Assembly: GCA_963666285.1 (NCBI GenBank)
Contig: OY762711.1
Length of the DNA: 64,000 bases
Direction: 5' to 3' (one strand)
Source: Sedimentisphaerales bacterium
GTDB lineage: Bacteria; Planctomycetota; Phycisphaerae; Sedimentisphaerales; SM23-30
Below, one piece after another: positions 53,251 to 63,612 of this stretch. Each line of letters opens with the position of its first letter. Positions within the stretch are counted from its first letter, which is position 1. The position numbers and the translations under genes were made by a program. The notes under the pieces are model-generated. The model searched no databases. It was not told where the DNA came from and was given only the letters and a program-made list of their open reading frames with translations.

Positions 53251-53691
53251 ATGGAAACTACAAATACAATCTCAAATTTTGACAACGTCTTGGAAACACA
53301 AACCGAATCTACAGAAGAAGTTCTGGCAAGCAGAGAAGTCACTTTCGGCTGGGAGCTAGTACTTGACCTGTACGACTGCGATCAATTTTCTATCAGCAAT
53401 GAAGAAAAAATCCGCAATTTTGGGCTTGAATTATGTAAAGTAATTGATATGATACCTTATGGTGATCCACTAACACCATACTTTGGAGAAAATTGTGAGC
53501 ATACCAAGGGATACAGCCTGCTCCAGTTTATAGAAACAAGCTCTATAACAGGGCATTTTTCGGAAGGGACAGGCGCGGCGTATCTTAATATTTTCTCATG
53601 CAAGGCTTACGATGCAAAAGCAGCGGAAGAATTTGCGATAAAATATTTTGGTGCAGGCCATTGCGTAGCTCGCCTGACAACCCGCAAATAA
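53251..53691 (+). CDS. Second, divergent SpeD-fold pyruvoyl decarboxylase homolog
   Basis: GWELVLDLYDC, GYSLLQFIETSSITGHF, YLNIFSCK. Confidence 0.8.
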   Translation: METTNTISNFDNVLETQTESTEEVLASREVTFGWELVLDLYDCDQFSISNEEKIRNFGLELCKVIDMIPYGDPLTPYFGENCEHTKGYSLLQFIETSSITGHFSEGTGAAYLNIFSCKAYDAKAAEEFAIKYFGAGHCVARLTTRK

Positions 53692-53783
53692 AAGAATTTT
53701 ATGAGTTTGGAGTAGAAGAGAGAGAATTAAAGAGAAGAATAGAATTTAATTTACCAACCATACCCCATACCATACCCCATTGT

Positions 53784-53853
53784 GCAAAGCCGCGATGCAG
53801 CAGCCATCCCTCCTTCCCCAATCAGGCTGTTACGTTCGGCTTTGCTTTTTTTT
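53784..53853 (+). terminator. Terminator of the polyamine operon
   Basis: GCAAAGCCG...CGGCTTTGC followed by T9. Confidence 0.75.
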
Positions 53854-54026
53854 AAAGATTGAGTAAAATAGAGTTATGGCGTCCAGAAGCTATACAATCA
53901 TAGACCTGAATCCAGAAACTATAAAAGAATATGGTATGTACGGATATAAAGATGCCAATAAGTACGTTAAGTCTCGACATTAATATGACTGGTATCGAAA
54001 ATTTTTTTAGTTCAATATCACATTAA

Positions 54027-54647
54027 ATGAAAACAATTACCAACGCATTTAAACGAATTATAGACCTAACAGCTGTGATCCTCAGCTCGCCAATCAGTAT
54101 ACCACTGATAATATTGCTTGCCCTGATAATCCGTCTCAGCAGCGGGCGTGGCGTCTTTTTTTGCCAGGAACGTGCCGGAAAAGACATGGTTCCCTTTACC
54201 CTGTACAAATTTCGCACCATGAAAAATGACTGTGACCCATATGGGAATTCGCCCAAAGATGGCGCAGACCCGCGATTGACCTGGATTGGCAAATGGCTCA
54301 GGATACTATCACTTGACGAACTTCCTCAACTGTTGAACGTACTCAAAGGTGACATGTCGCTGGTTGGGCCCAGGCCCTTATATATGAGCCAGGCAGCCGA
54401 ATGGAACGAGCGGCAAAAGCGTCGTCTTGAGGTAAAGCCAGGGCTTACAGGTCTGGCACAAATATCCGGCCGGGGCAGTTTGACAATTGAAGAAAAACTC
54501 GAGCTGGATGTACAGTATGTAGAGCGAAAGTCGCTGCTTTTTGATCTTAGATTATTGATCTCAACTGCATTAAAAATGTTCGCACCACAGGATATTTACG
54601 AAAAAAGATACTCAAAAAGTGAAAAAACCAGACAAAAAAAACATTAA
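54027..54647 (+). CDS. Bacterial sugar transferase (phosphoglycosyl transferase, PglC/WcaJ C-terminal type)
   Basis: KRIID, YKFRTM, SLDELPQLLNVLKGDMSLVGPRP, KPGLTGLAQ. Confidence 0.93.
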   Translation: MKTITNAFKRIIDLTAVILSSPISIPLIILLALIIRLSSGRGVFFCQERAGKDMVPFTLYKFRTMKNDCDPYGNSPKDGADPRLTWIGKWLRILSLDELPQLLNVLKGDMSLVGPRPLYMSQAAEWNERQKRRLEVKPGLTGLAQISGRGSLTIEEKLELDVQYVERKSLLFDLRLLISTALKMFAPQDIYEKRYSKSEKTRQKKH

Positions 54648-55393
54648 TCATACACCAAATGTCCTATAATTGTCTTTTTTTTTACCGAGGCTAAAAACCG
54701 TAAGATCTTTATTTGTAAAGCTTTGCACGGATTAAGAGGTGTACTATAGTATATTTTTATTGACTTTTTATAACATCTAAAGATTTTGCTAGATTTTAAT
54801 GCCGAAAAATAGTATATTAAGTTCAAACAATACTTTTTTTCAATGTTGCATGTCGGCTCAGGAATGATCATCTTGAGTCGACCTTTTTTTTGCGCCTATC
54901 AAACAAATCAACACGTATTGTTTCCCTTGTCTTTTGACTAAAAATGTGAAATGTGGTCGTTGGTGTCGAAATCAAAAGTGAAATCAAAATCATCTTCCTG
55001 GATATCATTTGTAACTTTTTCAGAACAAGGTTTATAAAATAACCCGAACACCCATCCAGCCAGATCAATGGCCAGACACAGGACAGCCATACATTTTAAT
55101 TCCAGGTTATTTTGCATTTCGCGGAAAGTCATATTTACCCCATTGTATTCTGCGAATATCTTCTGAATGTCACTATGTCAAACATCACCAACAAAATAAA
55201 TGTCGGGCAATGTTACAGTTTGATTAAAAACAATCTCAAAAGAAAACCGGCAGAGTCACACAAAAAGGCATAATACCTTATTTTAACTAGATTTAAATAC
55301 AAAACATAACGCAAATGAAACATTTATTTTCTCCATAACAGCTGATTATAGGACTAAATATTTGTCACAAGTAATAAATATCTGATGGGCGTA

Positions 55394-55942
55394 TCATTCA
55401 ATTGGCGATTCAAGATCAAACTGTTCAATCACATAATTAAGTTGCGCCTGAGCCTGTAGTTTAGCTTTTTTATGAGCCAGTAATATCTTACCGGCTTCAT
55501 TATATTGCTGGCGACAAAGCTGTATTTTATCAGCCAGTTCAGAGTTTTTGATTCTTCTGTCATCTAAAAAATTCTCAAGCAGCAGGTAGCTGTGAACAGT
55601 TTCGCGTAAATCATCCTGTTGATAAGCTTCAATAACCTCTTGAGACAGCTTATTAATTTGATCTTTGTTCTGGTATTCCCAGCTTAGAACATACATCATC
55701 ACCCAGATGCCGATACTGAGAGAAAGGATAATCGTGCCAAAAACAATCCAATGCTGTTTTTCATAGACAGGATGCTGACGGAATTTGTTTTTATTTTTAA
55801 CCCTGACCTCTTCGATAACCGGATTTACCCCGCATGCTTTAACTAACTCTCCACATGACGGACAGACCAGCGGTTTGGCCCGCAGTGACTCAGGGGCCTC
55901 CATCGGCTCGCCGCATAATGGACATTTGAATTTAATCATCAC
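55394..55942 (-). CDS. Hypothetical Zn-ribbon membrane protein
   Basis: IKFKCPLCG...CPSCG, one TM helix. Confidence 0.75.
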   Translation of the reverse strand: MMIKFKCPLCGEPMEAPESLRAKPLVCPSCGELVKACGVNPVIEEVRVKNKNKFRQHPVYEKQHWIVFGTIILSLSIGIWVMMYVLSWEYQNKDQINKLSQEVIEAYQQDDLRETVHSYLLLENFLDDRRIKNSELADKIQLCRQQYNEAGKILLAHKKAKLQAQAQLNYVIEQFDLESPIE

Positions 55943-56376
55943 AAAACCTCAAAATCACATTAATACTACCTGTGATAGTCACTTCAGAACAAACAGGATC
56001 GCTCCTATAAATAAAACACGCATAACATACTTATAGTAAACAACTTAAATCGACAAGGCTCAAGCAGAACATTTATACAAATGCAGATATAATTGCGAAG
56101 GGCAAGAAACAGAGGCCCATACAATAACGAATGCTATTCTAATTAATTATTCCTCCAGAAATCAAAAACGGCAATATAAATTCATGATTTTAATGAAGAT
56201 ATATGGTGAAAAATATAGCAAGGACAGGTAATATCAGAGTGCGTTTAAATCGAAAAATATAAGTCCCCGGTCAGACAGCACTGAGCAATTACCTAACGAA
56301 CAAGTATGAAAGCAACCTCGGTTATGAGGTCACCTAAATAATTGTAAACGAGCATATAGATGTACGAGAGACTCCC

Positions 56377-57993
56377 ATGAAAAGTATTCAATATTCTATA
56401 AATTCAATCTCGAGATTTAGTTTAAGAGCCTTGCTAATTCCAGTAATTATCAGTATTTCTGGGATACCGACTGCCTATTCTCAACCGACCAGAACTGCGA
56501 ACGATGTTTATGAAATCCCGAGCGACTTCAAACCATTCAATAAAATCGATGTCCTGATAAAAAATCAGCTTGATAAGTACGATATCAAGCCAGCCAATTT
56601 GTGCTCGGACGAGGTATTTATCAGGCGGGTATACCTGGATCTGACAGGCACACTTCCGACCGGCAGGCAGGTTCAGGAATTTTTAAAAGACAATAACGGT
56701 AACAAACGAGCCAGACTGATCGGATCACTGTTTAATCGTAAGGAATATGCAGATTACTGGGCGATGAAATGGGGCGATATACTGAGAATCAAATCGGAGT
56801 TTCCAATTAACCTGTGGCCCAATGCGGTACAGGCATATCATCGCTGGGTATATGACGCGATAAAAAGCAATAAGAGCTACGATGAGTTTGCCCGTGAGCT
56901 ACTGACAACATCGGGCAGTAACTTCAGAGAGGCACCGGTAAATTTCTACCGGGCAATCCAGGGAAAAGAACCATCAGCAATAGCAAATGCTACCGCCCTT
57001 ACCCTGATGGGTGTAAGACTGGAAAACTGGCCGGAAGAAAAACGCAAAGGCATGGAGCAGTTTTTCACCAGAGTCGGATTTAAGGGTACCGCAGAATGGA
57101 AAGAAGAGATAGTCTATTTTGACATGAGCTCAACCGAACCGCTGCAGGCAGTTTTTCCAGACGGCAAGAGCGTGACAATTGCAGCAGATCAGGATCCGAG
57201 GATAGTTTTTGCCGACTGGCTGATAACCAAAGATAATCCATGGTTTGCCCGCAATATAGTCAACCGGATATGGTCCTGGACAATGGGCCGAGGGATAATC
57301 AACGAGTCGGATGATATTCGAGATGACAATCCGCCATCGAACCCGGAGCTACTGCAATACCTGGAAGCGGAGTTTGTTCGCAGCGGCTATGATGTCCAAC
57401 GGATCTTTAAGCTAATCCTGAACTCACGTACGTATCAACAGAGTTCGATACCTCAGAGCAGCCATGAAAAGGCAGAAGAATTATTTGCGTTCTATAAAGT
57501 TCGTCAGATGGAAGCAGAAGTTCTGATTGATGCTTTATGTATGATAACGGGCACAACAGAGAAATATCAGAGTCCGATACCGGAGCCTTTTACTTTTATC
57601 CCGGGTGAAATTCGTACAATAGAACTGGCCGACGGCAGCATAACCAGCAGTTTCCTGGAGATGTACGGCAGGCCGTCGCGTGATTCCGGGCTGGAGTCGG
57701 AACGCAATAACAATCCGACAGACTCACAGAGGATGCATATGCTGAACTCCAGCCAAATTCAGGATAAGATAGAAAAAAGCTGGAAACTTAATGCAATGGC
57801 AAGGAATTTGAAAGGTAAACCGGCAAAGCTGATTGATGCCTTGTTCCTTGAGATATTATCACGCAAGCCGACAGAAGAAGAATTACAAGCGGTAACAGAA
57901 TATCTAAGAGAAAAAGGGATGAGTAACGGGCAGAAGTACAATGACCTGGCGTGGGCATTGATAAACACCAAGGAGTTCAGGTATAAACATTGA
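56377..57993 (+). CDS. DUF1549/DUF1553 planctomycete-type protein
   Basis: FIRRVYLDLTGTLP, FARNIVNRIW..MGRG, PPSNPELL, WALINTKEF. Confidence 0.9.
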   Translation: MKSIQYSINSISRFSLRALLIPVIISISGIPTAYSQPTRTANDVYEIPSDFKPFNKIDVLIKNQLDKYDIKPANLCSDEVFIRRVYLDLTGTLPTGRQVQEFLKDNNGNKRARLIGSLFNRKEYADYWAMKWGDILRIKSEFPINLWPNAVQAYHRWVYDAIKSNKSYDEFARELLTTSGSNFREAPVNFYRAIQGKEPSAIANATALTLMGVRLENWPEEKRKGMEQFFTRVGFKGTAEWKEEIVYFDMSSTEPLQAVFPDGKSVTIAADQDPRIVFADWLITKDNPWFARNIVNRIWSWTMGRGIINESDDIRDDNPPSNPELLQYLEAEFVRSGYDVQRIFKLILNSRTYQQSSIPQSSHEKAEELFAFYKVRQMEAEVLIDALCMITGTTEKYQSPIPEPFTFIPGEIRTIELADGSITSSFLEMYGRPSRDSGLESERNNNPTDSQRMHMLNSSQIQDKIEKSWKLNAMARNLKGKPAKLIDALFLEILSRKPTEEELQAVTEYLREKGMSNGQKYNDLAWALINTKEFRYKH

Positions 57994-58175
57994 TCTGTGC
58001 CGCAGAAAACTGCAACACAGGAGTGAAGTGAAAAACGATTAATGAAGTGAAGAATTAAGGTGTTCGACTATCGTCTCACGTTTTGTTTTAATTTAATGCG
58101 TTGCAGGAAGGCTCTTTTAGGCGATTTACCAAAGGCACTTCGTTATTGCAACAGAAAAACAGTGAAAGTAAACCA

Positions 58176-59483
58176 ATGAATAATAGATATATTAACAGGC
58201 GGGAGCTTCTGAAGCTTGGTGCAGTTGGTGTCGGTACCCTGGCACTGGGTGGTATGGGCAGCACAACTTACGGCGAACCGTTGAAGGCTAAAGCCAAGTC
58301 AGTTATCCAGATCTGGATGTGGGGCGGACCGTCGCATCTGGATACTTTTGACCCGAAACCTGATGCGGGACAGGATTATCATGGGCCGCTGGATAAGCCG
58401 ATCGAAACAAATGTAAGCGGGATGCGTATTTGTCAGCTATTGCCGGAACTGGCCAGGCATGCCGACAAATACTCTATTATCCGCAGTATGACCCATGGCG
58501 TAAACGGACATGAAACAGCTTCATACCTGACCCAGACCGGACGCGAGCCGGGCAGGCTTGTATACCCATCAGTAGGTGCGGTAGTTTCAAAGTTTAAAGG
58601 TTACGATGCCGGTTATAAAGGCATTGCCCCGCCATATGTTGTGTTGACCAAACCGCAGGGCCGATTTTCCGAAAGCGGTTTCCTGGGCCAGAAGTACAAG
58701 CCGTTTTCTACCGGCGGTGACCCGAACCAGGAAGTATTTGCCGTGGAAGGACTGGTTGCCAAGGGAATAACAGACAAACGCCAGAAGAAACGTCGCGAAC
58801 TGCTTAACAGCCTTGACACACTTGGCAGCGTAATGGAAGGTAACCAGGAGTTTGCCGGAGCAGACAAGTGTGAAGAGGACGCATACGAGATGATGTTTGG
58901 CGAAGGCAGGCAGTTGTTTGACCTGAAGAACGAGAAAGATGATTTGCGAGATAAATACGGCAGAAACACTTTCGGTCAGTCTTGCCTGATGGCGAGGAGA
59001 CTGGTAGAAGCAGGTGTGCCTTATGTAACGATCAACTATAACGGCTGGGACACACACAAGCAGCATTTTGAGATTATGAATCGCAAGCTGCCGGAGATGG
59101 ACCAGGCAATGGCCGCCCTGCTGGAAGATTTGAGCTCCCGAGGTCTGCTGGACAGTACTATTGTATGGTGGTCAGGCGAGTTTGGCCGAACGCCGAAGAT
59201 ATTATGGAATGCACCATGGAATGGCGGCCGTGGTCATTACGGCAACTGCTTTAATGCACTGGTAGCAGGCGGCGGTTTCAAAGGCGGTCAGGTTGTAGGC
59301 GAATCTGACGACAAGGGGACATTTGTCAAAGACAGGCCGGTATATCCACAAGATCTGATCGCATCGATGTATACTCTGCTGGGTATCGATCCGTATGGGC
59401 AACTACCAAACCCGAAGGGTATGGAAGCATATGTGCTGCCGAAAGATGGAAAAAGCGGCGGTATCTTGAAGGAAATAATTTAG
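58176..59483 (+). CDS. DUF1501 protein with Tat signal
   Basis: NRRELLK, WMWGGPSHLDTFDPKP, ARRLVEAGV, WDTH, GEFGRTP. Confidence 0.92.
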   Translation: MNNRYINRRELLKLGAVGVGTLALGGMGSTTYGEPLKAKAKSVIQIWMWGGPSHLDTFDPKPDAGQDYHGPLDKPIETNVSGMRICQLLPELARHADKYSIIRSMTHGVNGHETASYLTQTGREPGRLVYPSVGAVVSKFKGYDAGYKGIAPPYVVLTKPQGRFSESGFLGQKYKPFSTGGDPNQEVFAVEGLVAKGITDKRQKKRRELLNSLDTLGSVMEGNQEFAGADKCEEDAYEMMFGEGRQLFDLKNEKDDLRDKYGRNTFGQSCLMARRLVEAGVPYVTINYNGWDTHKQHFEIMNRKLPEMDQAMAALLEDLSSRGLLDSTIVWWSGEFGRTPKILWNAPWNGGRGHYGNCFNALVAGGGFKGGQVVGESDDKGTFVKDRPVYPQDLIASMYTLLGIDPYGQLPNPKGMEAYVLPKDGKSGGILKEII

Positions 59484-59505
59484 CTTGCTGCTAAGCCGCA
59501 AGCCA

Positions 59506-59580
59506 GAGTGAAGAGAAGAACTATAAGTGAAGAGTTAAGGTGTCCCGATGAGCATCGGGACCTTATTTTAAAAGCTGACG
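59506..59580 (+). repeat. REP-like family: heptamer run + TAAGGTGTC + variable hairpin + AAAGCTGAC (also ~43481, 45428, 58021, 62086, 63131)
   Basis: Multiple intergenic copies, all in the same orientation. Confidence 0.65.
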
Positions 59581-59642
59581 TGAGATGGAAATTTGATTGA
59601 TAATTGAATTATCGGATAAATCCATTTGGAAGGATATACATC

Positions 59643-62057
59643 ATGTTGAAAAAGATAATATTATTAACATTCGTTCTGGTAATTGGCAATTACGCTATGG
59701 CACAGTCAGCCGACAGAAAAGTTAATGTCGGTTATGTCTACCCGGCCGGTGGTCAGCAGGGAACAACTCTTACTGCTATTGCCGGCGGACAGTATCTGCG
59801 AGGGACAAGCGAGGTACTGGTCAGCGGCGAAGGTGTAACAGTAAAGGCAACAATCTTCGGCAAGCCAGTGCGAAGTATCAATGGCGAAAAGCGTCAGCTG
59901 CTTATCAAGAAATTTAACGACCTGCGAAAGAAACGTATTGCTGAGTTTACCGGTAAAGAACCGGAATCAGATAAAAATGATAAAAGATACGAAGCAGTTT
60001 TGAAGAAAATGGAAAAGGAGCTAAGCGAACCAGGGCTTACAGAAAAAGAACGCAAAAAGATCGAAGAATATTATACCGTCCCGGAACATCCTTATTTGGA
60101 AGGGATAGAAGATATGAGTCTGCGCGAGCTGGAGCATATCCGGTCGATAGTGACATTTCCAAGAGAAAAGACCCAGGATAACCGCCAGATCGGCGAGTTC
60201 ATGCAGCTGGAAATACAAATAGATAAAGACGCCAAACCCGGTCCAAGAGAGATGCGATTTGTTACGAGCACAAGTATAAGCGACCCGATAATCTTCCAGG
60301 TTGACACTTTCCAGGAGGTAAAGGAACTGGAGCCAAACAATAAAACCGCGATCCCTGAAAAGATTGGTAAGACTCCCCTGCCGCCAATGGCAGCCGTTAA
60401 ACTACCGGCGGTTTTGAACGGTCAGATTATGCCGGGCGATATCGACAGATTCAGATTCAAAGCGGAGAAAGGTCAGAAGCTGGTAATTGAAGCTTATGCA
60501 CGAACTTTGATACCATACCTGGCAGATGCCGTGCCGGGCTGGTTCCAGGCGACCCTGGCATTATACGATGCAAAAGGGAAAGAGGTAGCATATACCGATG
60601 ACTTTATGTTTAACCCTGACCCGGTGCTGATGTTCGAGGTACCATATAGCGGCGAATATGAGCTGGAGATCCACGACTCAATCTACCGCGGTCGTGAAGA
60701 TTTTGTTTACAGAGTAAAGGTTGGTGAACAGCCGTTCATTACCAGCATATTTCCTTTGGGAGCAGAAGAAGGCAAGCAGGCAGAAGCGGTAGTTCATGGC
60801 TGGAATTTGCCGGTAGAAAAGATTGCACTTGATACAAGTATTGCAGACGGCCAGATCAAACATATATGCTGCAATAGAGAAAATGAGTTTTCAAACTGTA
60901 TGAGCTATTGTGTGAGCGATATGCCGGAAGTGTTTGAAAAAGGATCTAACAACAGCCAGGATAAAGCTGAGCAGGTCAGTATGCCGGTGATAGTAAACGG
61001 CAGAATTGAAGAAAGCGGAGATAGAGATGTGTTCCGGTTTAACGGTAAGGCCGGGGAAAAGATAGCATTCGAAGTTATGGGCAGACGCTTAAACTCGCCG
61101 ATTGATTCGATCATTAAACTAACAGATAAAGAAGGTAAGATTATCGCGGTAAATGATGACTATGTCGAAAAGGATCAGCACCTGTACCTTGATGCAACCG
61201 GACTGACAACACACCATGCTGATTCTATTATGACAGCAGAACTGCCGACTGATGGTCAATATTATATAGAAATCGCTGACAGCCAGAATAAAGGCGGGAT
61301 AGATTACGGCTATCGCCTGCGTATATCAGAGCCGCGACCTGACTTTAGCCTGCGAACGAATATTTCATCGGCCAGGGTAGATGCCGGCGGTATTGCCGCC
61401 TTTACAGTGTATGCGATGCGAAAAGACGGATTCGACGGTGAGATTAATATCGAGCTAAAAAGCCCCAAGCAGGGTTTCCAGCTTACCGGCGGAGTAATCC
61501 CGGCAGGCTGTGACAAAGTATGTGTTACTATGAGTACCCCCCAAATGAGGCCGACACAAATATATAATCCCGAACTTATCGGCTGGGCAAAGGTCGAAGA
61601 CAAAATGGTGATCAGGCAGGTTATGCCAGCGGATGATTCGATGCAGGCATTCTTATATCGCCACCTGGTACCGGCAGAAGATTTTACGTTGCAGGTTATC
61701 AAGAGGAAATGGCCGATACCACCGGTTGAGATACTGGATACGCCAATCGAACTGACGCCAGGCGAAAGTAAAGTTGTGATAGCAAAAACCCAGAAAAGAG
61801 CGGTGCTGGATGAGATCAAACTACAGCTGCGTGAGAACCCGGACGGGTTGACGATAAGCGATGTGAAAGTTGTCAAACAGGGTTTGGCATTTAAGCTGAC
61901 AGCAGATGCGGACGAAATGAAAGACGGTTTTCAGGGCAACCTGCTGATCGAAGGGATACGAGAATATTATCCGAAAGATAAGGATGGTAAAGCTGCCAAA
62001 ACAGCTAAAACATATTCGATGGGTTATCTGCCGGCAGTACCGGTTAGAGTGAAATAA
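59643..62057 (+). CDS. Secreted PPC (pre-peptidase C-terminal) domain protein
   Basis: VYPAGGQQG, ELEPNN, DIDRFRF, VNDD repeats; typical partner of DUF1501/DUF1553. Confidence 0.85.
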   Translation: MLKKIILLTFVLVIGNYAMAQSADRKVNVGYVYPAGGQQGTTLTAIAGGQYLRGTSEVLVSGEGVTVKATIFGKPVRSINGEKRQLLIKKFNDLRKKRIAEFTGKEPESDKNDKRYEAVLKKMEKELSEPGLTEKERKKIEEYYTVPEHPYLEGIEDMSLRELEHIRSIVTFPREKTQDNRQIGEFMQLEIQIDKDAKPGPREMRFVTSTSISDPIIFQVDTFQEVKELEPNNKTAIPEKIGKTPLPPMAAVKLPAVLNGQIMPGDIDRFRFKAEKGQKLVIEAYARTLIPYLADAVPGWFQATLALYDAKGKEVAYTDDFMFNPDPVLMFEVPYSGEYELEIHDSIYRGREDFVYRVKVGEQPFITSIFPLGAEEGKQAEAVVHGWNLPVEKIALDTSIADGQIKHICCNRENEFSNCMSYCVSDMPEVFEKGSNNSQDKAEQVSMPVIVNGRIEESGDRDVFRFNGKAGEKIAFEVMGRRLNSPIDSIIKLTDKEGKIIAVNDDYVEKDQHLYLDATGLTTHHADSIMTAELPTDGQYYIEIADSQNKGGIDYGYRLRISEPRPDFSLRTNISSARVDAGGIAAFTVYAMRKDGFDGEINIELKSPKQGFQLTGGVIPAGCDKVCVTMSTPQMRPTQIYNPELIGWAKVEDKMVIRQVMPADDSMQAFLYRHLVPAEDFTLQVIKRKWPIPPVEILDTPIELTPGESKVVIAKTQKRAVLDEIKLQLRENPDGLTISDVKVVKQGLAFKLTADADEMKDGFQGNLLIEGIREYYPKDKDGKAAKTAKTYSMGYLPAVPVRVK

Positions 62058-62178
62058 TTCAAACAAACCTACAGTCAGTTTGAATTAAGTTAAGAGTTAA
62101 GGTGTCGCTGCGCGATCTTATTTCGAAGCCGGCATATGGCGGAACTGTAATTGAATTGTCAGTTCCTTTTGCAAAAAA

Positions 62179-62769
62179 TTATTTTTTTGTTTCAAAAACG
62201 GCTTCGATTTTTTCTTTTATGACTTCCCATATTTCCGGGTGAATATTAGCAATTTTACAGTTTACGTCCAGTACCTGCTCGAGCGGGATATTATGGTGGG
62301 TCCAGGTCTGGTATTTGTCATTGTGCAGGTTTTGCATAACCGGCATGAGCCGATCAACAGCCTTGGCGTAGTTGGCCTCGGCGGTTTCCATGGCTTCGAA
62401 TTCCTGCCAGAGTGCCATATATTCGGAGCCGATAGCATCGGGCAGCATGCCGAAAAGACGCTCGGCAGCCTTTAGCTCGTTTTCGTAATCTTCGTGGCTC
62501 TGGGAATATATCATTTTATCACCGGCATCAACCTCGACGATGTCATGCACAAGCAGCATCTTTACAACCTTGTTGGCATCGATAGGCTGCCTGGAATAAG
62601 GGGCGAGGGTAAGAGCCAGTAAGGCAACCTGCCAGCTGTGCTCGGCGGAGTTTTCCTGGCGGTCGAGATTGACCGGTCGGCTCTGGCGAAAAACATTCTT
62701 TAATTGTTCGATTTCGATCATGAAAGACATGACCTGAAGGAAGTCTGATTTTATATTATTATTTTCCAT
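62179..62769 (-). CDS. HD-domain phosphohydrolase
   Basis: ENSAEHSW, LVHDIVEVDAGD, AVDRLMP. Confidence 0.9.
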   Translation of the reverse strand: MENNNIKSDFLQVMSFMIEIEQLKNVFRQSRPVNLDRQENSAEHSWQVALLALTLAPYSRQPIDANKVVKMLLVHDIVEVDAGDKMIYSQSHEDYENELKAAERLFGMLPDAIGSEYMALWQEFEAMETAEANYAKAVDRLMPVMQNLHNDKYQTWTHHNIPLEQVLDVNCKIANIHPEIWEVIKEKIEAVFETKK

Positions 62770-62840
62770 AGTTATATATTTTATATAGCCAGGAAGGGAT
62801 TGTCAAAGAGCTTAAAGTCCTATCGCAACTTGAGAGATGT

Positions 62841-63065
62841 TTACTTTTTTTTCTTTTCACTACCAGCGTTCATAACGCGTTCGATATCTTCGGCGGACAT
62901 GCCCTTGTCAAGCATAGACTGCTTCAGTTCATTATCTGATCTATCTTTAACGGTTTTATGCCAAAAAGTAGCGATAATAGCAACAATCGGAATGATCATG
63001 GCAAAAACCGGAATGCAAAAAGGGGAAGAAAATATTGCATGAATCGCATTTACAAAATCATTCAT
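62841..63065 (-). CDS. Small single-TM hypothetical protein
   Basis: TM helix then ELKQSMLDKGMSAEDIERV; GGAG RBS. Confidence 0.7.
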   Translation of the reverse strand: MNDFVNAIHAIFSSPFCIPVFAMIIPIVAIIATFWHKTVKDRSDNELKQSMLDKGMSAEDIERVMNAGSEKKKK

Positions 63066-63390
63066 TTTTATAACTCCAAGTATTATAGCCAGTTACATGG
63101 CTACAGCAATAAGTAAGAAGAAACAAGTAATAAGCTAAGGTATCGCCACAGGCGAACTATATTAAAGCTTTGCATACATAGGTTTATACCTAAAAATCAC
63201 ACCTGAGAAAGCTAACAAACTTGTTATTAAACACATATATTAACATAATCGAAAGGGAAGAGAAAATATTTCAAAAAAAGGATAATTCATGACTAAGCTA
63301 ACTAATAAAGATCAATGCAAAGCATAAAACATTAGTAGAAAACCCACTCAATAACACTACAACCATTTTAGTTATTCAATTATACCTCAA

Positions 63391-63591
63391 CTATCCCTTC
63401 TTAATCCACTTATGACGCCAGGAGTTACGGACTTTGTCGTTCATGTGGACACCCATTTTTTTGGTACTGGCAGGAAAATCGAGTTTTTCCATGGTTTCAG
63501 AATCAGCTTTCTGGCGTTTTGAAGTAAAGAATGCCATGAAAGCTGAGACAATTGGTAAAATAATGTGTCTTTTAATCGACATAATAAACAA
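63391..63591 (-). CDS. Small hypothetical protein
   Basis: Short ORF continuing the minus-strand gene run; no recognised motif. Confidence 0.45.
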   Translation of the reverse strand: MFIMSIKRHIILPIVSAFMAFFTSKRQKADSETMEKLDFPASTKKMGVHMNDKVRNSWRHKWIKKG

Positions 63592-63612
63592 GCAGCAATA
63601 TGCCGCCTTACA

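Noticed and set aside
54644..55132. Small minus-strand ORFs
   Set aside because: Short and mutually overlapping with no motif; 54938-55132 could be real but is unsupported.
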